Below the pieces are notes generated by a model that saw only the letters and a list, made by a program, of their open reading frames with translations, ran no database searches and was not told the origin of the DNA. A DNA stretch of 64,000 nt, taken from positions 22,046 through 86,045 of the forward strand of contig CAWJIH010000011.1 in assembly GCA_963842975.1 (NCBI GenBank), read 5' to 3'. Below are positions 18,637 to 27,199 of the stretch, one piece after another (position 1 is the first letter of the stretch; the number at the start of each line of letters is the position of its first letter). A program made the position numbers and the translations under genes. The stretch is from an uncultured Actinomycetes bacterium (GTDB lineage: Bacteria; Actinomycetota; Actinomycetes; S36-B12; UBA10799).

Positions 18637-19964
18637 TGGTCAAACCTTCCTCCGGTAGTTGTCGTTTGGAGCCTCGCTCTCGCCGAGCTAGGGCGGTAGC
18701 GAAGGCGAGTGGTCCTAGACGTCCGATGAACATGAGCACCACCAGCATGACCTTGGCAGCGGTGGGAAGGTCACTGGTGATGCCAGTCGAGAGGCCTACC
18801 GTGCCGAAGGCGGACACCACCTCGAACGTGACCGCCCCCAATGCAACATCGGTGACGCTCAGCACCGCAAACGTGAAGACTCCGAGCACGAGCGCAGAAA
18901 GCGTCACTACCGCAAGTGCCTGTCGATGCTGCCACTGCGGAATCCGCCGGTAGCCGATCTCGACATCCCTGCGACCCCTGATCTCCGACCAGACGGCCAC
19001 CAGCAGAAGACCCGCAGTAGTGACCTTGATTCCACCGGCGGTACCAGCACTACCCCCTCCGATGAACATCAGCACATCGGTGATGAACAGGCTTTCCGGG
19101 CGCATCGCGGCAACATCGATCGCGTTGAAGCCCGCCGTTCGGGGCATCACCGCGGCCACGAAGGCGCCCACCAGCCGATCCACTGGCTGCAGTGCACCGA
19201 GGGTGGCCGGATTCCGAAGTTCAGCAAATCCGATCGTCACTGTGCCACCGACCAACAGACCCAGGGTCATGAGCACGGTCACCCGAGTCACCACTGACCA
19301 GCGACCCGGCCGACGCAACCCATGACGCAGCTCCAGCACCACGAAGAACCCCAATCCGCCCACAATCACAGCAAGCGAAATGGGCAACAGCACCAACGGA
19401 TCCGAGGCGAAACCCATGAGATTGTCGGAGTAGATCGAAAACCCGGCGTTGTTGAAAGCGGAGATGGCATGGAACGCACCGCTGTAGGCGGCGGTCGGCC
19501 ACGACATCTCGTAGGCGGTCGCGAATCGGAGCGTCAGGATCAGGGCCAGCCCCACCTCCACCACCACCGCCAATCCGACCGCGCCGCGCACCACCCGCTG
19601 AACGTCGAATCCTGGGCTCACCTTCGTTTCCGTGCGCACGGCCAACCGGGTGGCGAATCCGAGACGGTTGAAGAATGCGACCGAAAGCGCCGCGGCCCAC
19701 AGCATGACGCCGAGTCCGCCGATCTGGATCAGTGCCGAGGATCACCAACTGTCCGAACATCGACCAGTAGCTGCCGGTGTCCACCGTGACGAGGCCGGTC
19801 ACGCACACGGCCGAGGTGGCGGTGAACAGGGCATCGATGAACGGCGCACTCGTTCGGGTGGCCGTTGCCAGCGGCAACGACAGCAATCCGGTGCCAACAG
19901 CAATTGCGGCGCCGAAGGCGATGGGAACAACCCGAATCGGGTCGAAGGATGCCACGTTCGCCAT
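18629..19964 (-). pseudogene. trkH: TrkH/KtrB-family K+ transporter membrane subunit, reading frame broken at 19733-19741
   Basis: N-terminal 75 codons (MANVASFDPIRVVPIAFGAAIAVGTGLL...SMFGQLVIL) lie in the frame of ORF 19221..20036. ALIQIGGLGVMLWAAALS... continues in the frame of ORF 18629..19705. The combined length of about 445 aa is typical for the family. Confidence 0.75.
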
Positions 19965-20090
19965 ATCTACACCCTGGCCCCTCCAACGGGCCTGCCAGAC
20001 GCCTCGAAGGCTCCGGTCCGCAGTGTCGTTCCGCACGCATTCGCACTGTGCGGTTCACCATCGCCCAACCCCGAGTGCCATTCTTGCTAC

Positions 20091-20918
20091 GTGGCACCCG
20101 CACGCAGAGCTCCGCTGGTGATAGCGCACCGAGGAGCGAGTGACGAACTGGCCGAACACACCCTCGCGGCCTACCGCGCAGCCATCGATGTCGGTGCCGA
20201 TGCATTGGAGTGCGATGTCCGGCTGACCGCCGACACCGTGCTGGTGTGCGTCCACGACCGACGCATCGACCGCACGTCGGACGGCCGTGGGGTCGTGGCG
20301 AATCACACGCTTGCCCAACTGCAGCAACGCGACTTCGCAAGTTGGAAGCACGGCTGGGATGACGACGTCGACGCGCAAGTGCCACGTTATGACGAAGTGT
20401 CATCCCAGGTGTTGACATTGGAGGCGCTGCTGGACCTGGTGGCAGAATCTCCCCGCCCAGTTGGGTTATCGATCGAAACCAAACACCCGAGCCGCTTCGG
20501 CCGGTTGGTTGAGGAACTTCTGGTGGAGACCCTGCAGCGCCGCGACCTGCTTGATCCGAATCGGCCCAAGGCAGCGCGGGTCCGGGTGATGTCGTTCGCG
20601 GAAGTAGCGCTGCGCCGGATGCGGCGACTGGCCCCTGCCGTGCCGAGGGTGCTGCTGATGGATCGCATCCCGATTCGCTGCCGATCCGGGTGGCTTCCCT
20701 ACGGCGCTCGATTCGCCGGCCCCGGCATCGAACTCGTCCGTGAGCACCCACGCTACGTTCGGCGGGTGCATGAGGCTGGCGGCAAGGTGCACGTGTGGAC
20801 GGTCGACGATCCGGAGGACGTGGAACTCTGCCTGTCGCTCGGCGTGGACGGGATCATCACGAACCGCCCGCGGGCCGTGATCGCCCAGGTGGCAGCAGCC
20901 GGGCTCAGTCGCGGGTGA
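20091..20918 (+). CDS. glycerophosphodiester phosphodiesterase (GDPD) family protein
   Basis: ORF 19632..20918 has a spurious N-terminal extension antisense to trkH. The conserved part starts at GTG 20091: VAPARRAPLVIAHRGASDELAEHTLAAYRAAIDVGADALECDVRLT. Confidence 0.8.
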   Translation: MAPARRAPLVIAHRGASDELAEHTLAAYRAAIDVGADALECDVRLTADTVLVCVHDRRIDRTSDGRGVVANHTLAQLQQRDFASWKHGWDDDVDAQVPRYDEVSSQVLTLEALLDLVAESPRPVGLSIETKHPSRFGRLVEELLVETLQRRDLLDPNRPKAARVRVMSFAEVALRRMRRLAPAVPRVLLMDRIPIRCRSGWLPYGARFAGPGIELVREHPRYVRRVHEAGGKVHVWTVDDPEDVELCLSLGVDGIITNRPRAVIAQVAAAGLSRG

Positions 20919-22248
20919 GGACGGCCCCTGGGTTGAGCACCCAGGAGGGGTCCAAGGCTTCTTTGATCCGGCGCATCACCGAGACATCCGCCGGGCTGCG
21001 CGACAATCCCAGCCACGCCGCCTTGGCCCGACCCACTCCGTGTTCGGCGGACACCGCGCCGCCCAAACCGGTCACGAGGTCAAGGATGGCCTGGTCATGT
21101 GCGGAGTCCTGCGGGTCGAGGCCGGCCACTTCGATGTGCAGGTTCCCGTCGGCAAGGTGTCCAAAGATGGATACGTCGGCAGATTCCGGCGCAAGTGCAC
21201 GCACGCCATCGGCGAGGGCGTCGAGGTTGCCCAGCGGTACCGAGATGTCGATCTTGTGCACAACTCCCTGTGACGAAGCGGCTTCGGAGGCGTCCTCCCG
21301 GTAGCGCCATAACCGTCGACGGTCGGCTGCATCGTCGCCGGCGATTGCGTCGATGTCGTCTGGCGGATCAAGTTCGGAAGCTTCGATGAGGAGCACATAG
21401 GGCCAGCTGCGGGACAGCGGCTGCGGCAGTCCACCGTGTGCGCAGATGAGGTCCAGACTGGCTGCATCTACCACCTCCGCACCGAGCAGCACCGCACCCG
21501 CAGGCACCGCCGAGTGAACCAGGGCCAAACCAGCAGCGAGGGTGTCCACACCCGCGAGCATCACCATCGTCGGCGGCGGTGCCGGGTGCAGCCGCAGTCG
21601 CACTGCGGTGATCACGCCGAGAGTGCCTTCGGAGCCGGTCATGAGTGCACCGATGTCGTAGCCGGTGTTGTCCTTGGGTAGACCCACGAGCCGCGACGAG
21701 ACGGTCCCATCGGCCAGCACACACTCCACGCCCATCACTTGGGCGCGCGTCATTCCGTAGGCGCATACCCGGATCCCGCCGGCGTTCGTTGCAACCGTAC
21801 CGCCGACAGTGGCCGAGTCCCTGGCGGCGAGGTCCACGCCGTAGGTGAATCCGGCTGATTCTGCGTGTCGATGCAGGTCCGCCAGCGTCACGCCGGCGCC
21901 GACAGCCACCGAGCGGCCCGCCGAATCAACCGTTCCCAGGTCGGTCAATCCCACGGTGGACAGGATGATCGCGGGTTCACTCTGGGGTCCGGGAACCGAA
22001 CCGCCGACCAGGCCGGTGTTTCCGCCCTGCGGGATCACCGACGCCCCGGCCGCCGAACACGCCGCGAGCACCCCAGACACCTCCGCTGTGCTCTTCGGGC
22101 GCACCACGGCTCGCACCGGCCCGGCGAAGCGACGGGTCCAGTCTTCACCATGCGCGGCGCAGATGGCCGGATCGTTGGTAGTGGAGGCGATCTGCGCGAG
22201 TTGCTCGAGGAGCGGGTCGTGGCGGCCGGTGGGGTCGAGTAGCGTCAT
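20905..22248 (-). CDS. FAD-binding (PCMH-type) oxidoreductase, GlcD/D-lactate dehydrogenase-like
   Basis: 447 aa with VIPQGGNTGLVGGSVP in the FAD-binding domain and SAEHGVGRAK near the C-terminus. Confidence 0.8.
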   Translation of the reverse strand: MTLLDPTGRHDPLLEQLAQIASTTNDPAICAAHGEDWTRRFAGPVRAVVRPKSTAEVSGVLAACSAAGASVIPQGGNTGLVGGSVPGPQSEPAIILSTVGLTDLGTVDSAGRSVAVGAGVTLADLHRHAESAGFTYGVDLAARDSATVGGTVATNAGGIRVCAYGMTRAQVMGVECVLADGTVSSRLVGLPKDNTGYDIGALMTGSEGTLGVITAVRLRLHPAPPPTMVMLAGVDTLAAGLALVHSAVPAGAVLLGAEVVDAASLDLICAHGGLPQPLSRSWPYVLLIEASELDPPDDIDAIAGDDAADRRRLWRYREDASEAASSQGVVHKIDISVPLGNLDALADGVRALAPESADVSIFGHLADGNLHIEVAGLDPQDSAHDQAILDLVTGLGGAVSAEHGVGRAKAAWLGLSRSPADVSVMRRIKEALDPSWVLNPGAVLTRD

Positions 22249-22286
22249 CGTCGCTTCCTCCAGTAGAGGTGGGGCCGGGTCGAGCG

Positions 22287-23184
22287 CTACTTGAGCAATC
22301 TGCTCATTCGGCGATCGGCCAGCGGCTTTCCGTCAGTCTGGCACGTTGGGCAGTACTGAAACGAACGATCAGCAAGAGCCACCTCGGCGATGGGTGTGGC
22401 GCACTCTGGGCACGGTTCACCGGTGCGTCCGTGGATACGCAGGCCGTGCTTCTTCTCGGACTTCATCGCCGTTGGATCAGCTGCCTGTGCCCTCTCGGTG
22501 GCGGCAGTCAGGATGCTGTTGATGGCCGCGATCAAGGGTGGCGCACTGTGAATCGGTGAGCCCATCGGCCGGCGCGTAGGGCGAAAGCCGCGCAGTGTGC
22601 AGGATGTCGTCCGAGTAGGCATTGCCGATGCCCGCGATGCGGTGCTGATCGCGCAGCGCGTTCTTGATCCGGGTGCCGCCGGCCGCCTGCAGCAGAGCGG
22701 TGAGGATGGCCTGATCCAGGGCCATCGCATCGGGTCCGAGGGCGGCAATCCCCGGCACCTCAGCTGGATCACGCACCACATAGAGCGCCGCTCCTTTGCG
22801 GGTGCCCGCCTCGGTGAGGTCCAGCGCGAAGGCAGGCTCCCCGTCGTCAGTCACGAATACGAGGCGTGCTGTCAGTGGGCCCCTCCCGGGCCGCGCGGGT
22901 GCGGTGGGCACCCGGTCGGAAAGCCGCAGCCAGCCGGCCCGCGCAAGGTGGATCACCAGCCAGACGCAGTCCCCACTGCGCTGGTCGTCGTCGCGGAATC
23001 GCAGGCCAAGGAACTTCCCGAAACGCTCGGCCCGATCGAAGCGTTGACCGACCAGTGCCGTGTGTGGCGGATCTGCCGTCTTCAGCGCGCTGACCGCCGT
23101 CACATCAAAGGCGGCAACGCGCAATCCTTTGAGGCGGTGATCCAAGGTGGAAACCAGGGCCTGCACTTCGGGGAGTTCCGGCAT
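22287..23184 (-). pseudogene. nei: Fpg/Nei family DNA glycosylase (endonuclease VIII-like), reading frame broken near 22530-22550
   Basis: MPELPEV catalytic N-terminus and H2TH (IAGIGNAYSDDILHTARLSPY) are in ORF 22477..23184. LIAAINSILTAATERA plus the zinc finger CPECATPI...YCPTCQ are in ORF 22287..22781. Confidence 0.75.
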
Positions 23185-23206
23185 GAGTGCTAGTCTCCTA
23201 CAGCGC

Positions 23207-23290
23207 GCGCGAGTGGCGGAATAGGCAGACGCGCACGGTTCAGGTCCGTGTGCCCGAAAGGGCGTGGGGGTTCAACTCCCCCCTCGCGCA
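23207..23290 (+). tRNA. tRNA-Leu (anticodon CAG), type II with long variable arm
   Basis: Acceptor stem GCGCGAG/CTCGCGC, anticodon stem CACGG/CCGTG with loop TTCAGGT, variable arm TGCCCGAAAGGGCGT, T arm GGGGG TTCAACT CCCCC. Confidence 0.9.
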
Positions 23291-23432
23291 CAAAGTGAAG
23301 GCTCGTGCCGGTGTTTCACTTGCCGGCGCGGCCTTTGCGAACAAGTCGTCGGGGTGACGGCTGAATATTGTCGGTGCTGATCTGCGGTTGGATTTCTGGT
23401 CGCGCCGACCCAAGGCCAACGGGGTGGTCTTT

Positions 23433-24335
23433 GTGCGGGTGACTGCTCGGGGTGTGTTGTGCGCGGTGTTGTCTCTGGCGCCCCTCGTCGGATGTGCCCA
23501 AACCACGGTGGAAGGCAGCGTCGACAAGGCCCTGCCGCCCGGAGCCCAGCCGGCCGTTGTCGCAGGCTCCGAGTCGCTGGCTCCGGAAGCCCAGACGACT
23601 GCGGCGCCGTTGGCCGCGTGCCGGCCTGATTCCATGCCCACACAGACGCCCGCAGTGCTGACAGTGGGGGCATCCGGGCTCCCGAAACCACCATGGTTCA
23701 CAGAGGCAGATCCCACGGCTGGCGCCGGACTTGAGGCGGCGATTGTCGGCCACACCGCGAAGATGCTCGGCTTCGGCAGCGTCACGTGGGTCAGTCCGGA
23801 TGATCCGGCCGATCTTTACGTCGGCCAATTCACCGCCGAAGACATCGGCGACGCGCCTGACCCATCGACATCCCCGTCCGACGCCAGCAGCATTTCCACT
23901 GGCTATTTCGCCATTCACGACACCGCCGTTGTGAGGACCGCTGATGCTGCCCGCACACCGTCGATCCAGTGGGAATCGGCTCGGGTGGGGTACGTCCCTG
24001 GAGCGGCGTCGGAGCTCACCGTCGCCGAACGGCAGGCCCGAAATCCGCAGGCGTTCCCCACTGAAGCTGCAGGTCTAGCTGCGCTGCGCAGCGGGCAATT
24101 GGACGCCATGCTCATCCCGATCACCAGCGCAGTGGACCTGCAGCCAACCGATGAGCTGGTCGCGGCCGCACAGATTCCACCCCTTGGTGCCCGCCAATCC
24201 GAGCAGTTCGTGATGACGCTGCCGCCGGCCTCCACTCTCACGCCATGCATCGATGCGGCATTGGATCGGCTCCGAATAGAGGGGGTCTTGGCCGCTGAGG
24301 CGCGTCGCTGGGTCACTGTGCCGGTGACGCCATGA
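23433..24335 (+). CDS. lipoprotein with family-3 solute-binding-protein-like domain
   Basis: ORF 23388..24335. GTG 23433 gives MRVTARGVLCAVLSLAPLVGC (lipobox LVGC). SBP_bac_3-like features such as LRSGQLDAMLIPITSA. Family call is tentative. Confidence 0.5.
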   Translation: MRVTARGVLCAVLSLAPLVGCAQTTVEGSVDKALPPGAQPAVVAGSESLAPEAQTTAAPLAACRPDSMPTQTPAVLTVGASGLPKPPWFTEADPTAGAGLEAAIVGHTAKMLGFGSVTWVSPDDPADLYVGQFTAEDIGDAPDPSTSPSDASSISTGYFAIHDTAVVRTADAARTPSIQWESARVGYVPGAASELTVAERQARNPQAFPTEAAGLAALRSGQLDAMLIPITSAVDLQPTDELVAAAQIPPLGARQSEQFVMTLPPASTLTPCIDAALDRLRIEGVLAAEARRWVTVPVTP

Positions 24336-25894
24336 GCCTGGAGCGACGGACACCAGACCTCCCCGGAAACTCTGCTGCGCGCGAAACCACACCGCTTCGG
24401 CGCCGGGCCGCCGCCGCAATCACTGCCGCCATGGTGATGATCCTCGCTTTCGCCGCTTGCGAACCGACGGTCCGCGCCACCGAAGCCGCGGTCGCAACGG
24501 CCAGCAGCAAGGGCGTGTTTTCGTTCGTCTCGGTGGTGGATCGCTATGACGGCGCCGTGCTCGCACGCACTTCCAACGCTGACACCCAGGTGGCCTCGGA
24601 ATCCATCATGAAACTCTTCCTTGCGGCGTATTACCTGAAGTCTTATGGCGGGTACAACGCCACACCCCAGCGGATCCGGGATCAACTCGCCTTCATCATT
24701 CAGTACAGCGACAACGCCACTACCTCCGCGCTGTTCACCAGCAGTGCAATTCCGACAGTTGCCGCCTGGTACGGCCTCCCAAACACCACCAACGCGCACG
24801 GCAACCCCGGCTACTGGGGTGCCGCGCGCATCACTGCCGCCGACATGGCCAGGTTCCTGTACGAGGCTGGTCGGGATCCACAGGTGGGTCCGTGGTTATT
24901 GCCCACCATGGCGGGCACGGCGGCCCACGGCTCTGGGCCCGACCGGAACTGGAACCAGGCGTATGGGCTGAACGCACTGCAGGGCGAACATGGCTCAAAG
25001 CAGGGATGGGGATGCGACAGCTATTGGACCCAACCCTCCTGCGCTATCCATTCGGTGGGATTCACCGACAAATATTATGTGGCAATCCTGCAGCTTTCCT
25101 ATGCGATGCCAGGGGCGATGCCGGCCAGCGCGACCGCAACAGCACGTCGGATCCAGGCGTCCTACAACGATCCACGCGAAGGCGACTTCATCACTGACAC
25201 CGGCACCGGCGCGGTCTATCGAATCGCCGGCGGAGCGCCCCTGTATGTCTCCTCGTGGAGCGCCTACGGGGGTCCGCGGCCCACCCGACCCATGTCCAGC
25301 GCCCAGGTAAACGCGCTTCGCCAGTATCCGGTCGAAGGCACGTTCATCCGCGACGTCACACGCCGCGCGGTGTATCGAATCGCCGGTGGAGCGCCCGTCT
25401 ATGTGTCAAGTTGGGAGCCCTTCGGCGGCCGCCGACCAACAGTCGAAATCGATCCAGCGGCAATTGACCGTGCCGGCACCGGTGGATTCTTCAACCGACT
25501 TCGACCCACCCCGGCCGAGGGCACGTTCATCCGGGACGCGACAACGCGCGCGGTCTACCGAATCGCAGGCGGAGCGCCCCTCTATGTCACGTCGTGGGAG
25601 CCCTTCGGCGGCCGCCAGCAAACTACTGAGGTTGACGGTGCGTCGATCGAACGTGCCGGCACGGCCTGGCCCTATTTGGCGATGAACTACTACCCGGCAC
25701 CCGGCACGCTGGTACAAGCACAGCCAGCAGGCACCATTTACCGTGTGGGCCCCGACGGCTTGCCGCAACCAGTGGCCCCCGCAGAAGTGCCGACGTCCGC
25801 ATCGGTTGTGGCCATCAATCAGCAGACACTTGAGCGAGCGGGGTCTGGCGGTTGGTACGACCACTTGCGACCGCTCCCGGCGGCTGGGACCTGA
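24332..25894 (+). CDS. class A beta-lactamase-fold serine hydrolase (probable lipoprotein) with four C-terminal ~60-aa repeats
   Basis: Signal sequence with AFAAC. SxxK (SIMK, residues 91-94), SDN (YSDNAT), KxG (SKQGWG). Repeats of the type EGTFIRD.T.RAVYRIAGGAPLYV.SWEPFGGR. ATGA overlap with the upstream lipoprotein gene. Confidence 0.65.
   Translation: MSLERRTPDLPGNSAARETTPLRRRAAAAITAAMVMILAFAACEPTVRATEAAVATASSKGVFSFVSVVDRYDGAVLARTSNADTQVASESIMKLFLAAYYLKSYGGYNATPQRIRDQLAFIIQYSDNATTSALFTSSAIPTVAAWYGLPNTTNAHGNPGYWGAARITAADMARFLYEAGRDPQVGPWLLPTMAGTAAHGSGPDRNWNQAYGLNALQGEHGSKQGWGCDSYWTQPSCAIHSVGFTDKYYVAILQLSYAMPGAMPASATATARRIQASYNDPREGDFITDTGTGAVYRIAGGAPLYVSSWSAYGGPRPTRPMSSAQVNALRQYPVEGTFIRDVTRRAVYRIAGGAPVYVSSWEPFGGRRPTVEIDPAAIDRAGTGGFFNRLRPTPAEGTFIRDATTRAVYRIAGGAPLYVTSWEPFGGRQQTTEVDGASIERAGTAWPYLAMNYYPAPGTLVQAQPAGTIYRVGPDGLPQPVAPAEVPTSASVVAINQQTLERAGSGGWYDHLRPLPAAGT
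25172..25879 (+). repeat. four in-frame tandem modules of about 180 nt (copies 2 and 3 highly similar at DNA level)
   Basis: The protein repeats start near residues 281, 333, 394 and 455 of ORF 24332..25894. Confidence 0.8.
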
Positions 25895-25993
25895 TTTAGC
25901 GGAGTACTTGCGCCTCTACTGGCAAGGCACGCCCGAGGGGTACCATCGCGTGGAGTGTGTTTCGCGCCCGGTCAGGAAAGGTGGTGATTCGTC

Positions 25994-26725
25994 ATGGGGA
26001 TCCTCGACAAATTCGAGGCCAGCCTCGACCGAATGGTCAACGGTGCCTTCGCCAAAGCTTTTCGTGCCGATGTCCAACCCGTCGAGATCGCCGCGCGGGT
26101 GCAGAAGGAGATGGACGATCGCGCCGCGGTGGTGTCCAGAGCCCGAACGGTGGTCCCAAACAACTACCTGGTGCATCTTTCGGAGAGCGACTTCAACAGG
26201 CTGGCCACCTACTCCGATGTCCTGAACTCTGAACTCGCCGAACTAGCACGTGAGTACGCCCAAGAGCAGCGCTACACGTTTCTTGGCCCAGTGGACGTCG
26301 ACCTCACCAGCGATGAAGATCTGGCCACCGGCGTTTTTGAGGTGACTAGCCAGGCGACTGCAGCCGCAGGATCACCCGCACCCGCTACCCCGCCAGCAAA
26401 GCCAACGTCCACGCCCTCGCGGCCGGCGACGCGCCCACCGCAGGCAGCGACGTCTCGCCCTCGCCTTCTCGCCGCGGGACAAGATATTCCGCTCACCTCC
26501 AGCACCACCGTTTTGGGCCGTGGCGGCGACGTGGACATTCGACTTGAAGACCCCGGGGTCTCCCGGCGCCACGCGAAGATCACGACTAGCAACGGGAGAA
26601 CTGTCATCACCGATCTGGGCAGCACCAACGGCACCCTTGTCGATGGCACCAAGGTCTCCAGCGTGCAGCTCGACGATGGTGCCGTGATCCGATTGGGTTC
26701 CACCGAAATCACGTTTCGGAGCTAG
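25994..26725 (+). CDS. fhaA: FhaA (DUF3662 + FHA domain protein)
   Basis: MGILDKFEASLDRMVNGAFAKAF N-terminus, a Pro/Thr-rich linker and a C-terminal FHA domain (VLGRGGDVDIRLEDPGVSRRHAKI...STNGTLVDG). Confidence 0.9.
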   Translation: MGILDKFEASLDRMVNGAFAKAFRADVQPVEIAARVQKEMDDRAAVVSRARTVVPNNYLVHLSESDFNRLATYSDVLNSELAELAREYAQEQRYTFLGPVDVDLTSDEDLATGVFEVTSQATAAAGSPAPATPPAKPTSTPSRPATRPPQAATSRPRLLAAGQDIPLTSSTTVLGRGGDVDIRLEDPGVSRRHAKITTSNGRTVITDLGSTNGTLVDGTKVSSVQLDDGAVIRLGSTEITFRS

Positions 26726-26728
26726 GAC

Positions 26729-27199
26729 ATGAGCGAACTTGCGCTGACCCTGGTCCGCTTCGGCTTCCTGCTGTTGCTGTGGCTTTTTGTCTTCCTCATC
26801 ATTTCTGCGCTCCGGCGGGACTTGGCCGCACCCTCCACGGCAACCGTGGTCGGGGCGGCTCCGCTGACCCACACTCCCGCTCGAACCGGCCGACGCCGAT
26901 CGAAAGAAACCGCCAGCAAACTCGTGGTGGTTGAGGGCAGCCTGGCCGGGACCGTGATTCCGCTGGGAACGTCGCCGGTGACGATGGGTCGGGCGGCGGA
27001 CTGCACCTTGGTGCTTGACGACGACTACGCGAGCAGCCACCACGCCCGCATCTACCCCCACGAGAGCACCTGGGTAGTTGAGGACCTCGGTTCCACCAAT
27101 GGCACCTGGATCGACCGGACGAGAGTGACCGGCCCCACGGTTCTGGCCATGGGGCAACCACTCCGCATCGGTCGCACGGCCCTCGAGTTGCGGTCGTGA
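26729..27199 (+). CDS. fhaB: FhaB/FipA (membrane-anchored FHA domain protein)
   Basis: N-terminal TM helix, then FHA domain (VTMGRAADCTLVLDDDYASSHHARIY...STNGTWIDR). Confidence 0.9.
   Translation: MSELALTLVRFGFLLLLWLFVFLIISALRRDLAAPSTATVVGAAPLTHTPARTGRRRSKETASKLVVVEGSLAGTVIPLGTSPVTMGRAADCTLVLDDDYASSHHARIYPHESTWVVEDLGSTNGTWIDRTRVTGPTVLAMGQPLRIGRTALELRS

Noticed and set aside
19965-20090. Possible ydaO/c-di-AMP riboswitch in the trkH 5' leader, since K+ transporters are a known target class.
   Set aside because: Only about 125 nt are available. I found imperfect hairpins (CCGCAGTG...CACTGTGCGG) and none of the conserved core elements I can recall.
23207-25894. Possible genomic island integrated at tRNA-Leu, because the two lipoprotein genes are absent from the mycobacterial synteny.
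   Set aside because: There is no integrase or recombinase, no direct repeat of the tRNA 3' end downstream, and no visible shift in composition or codon usage.
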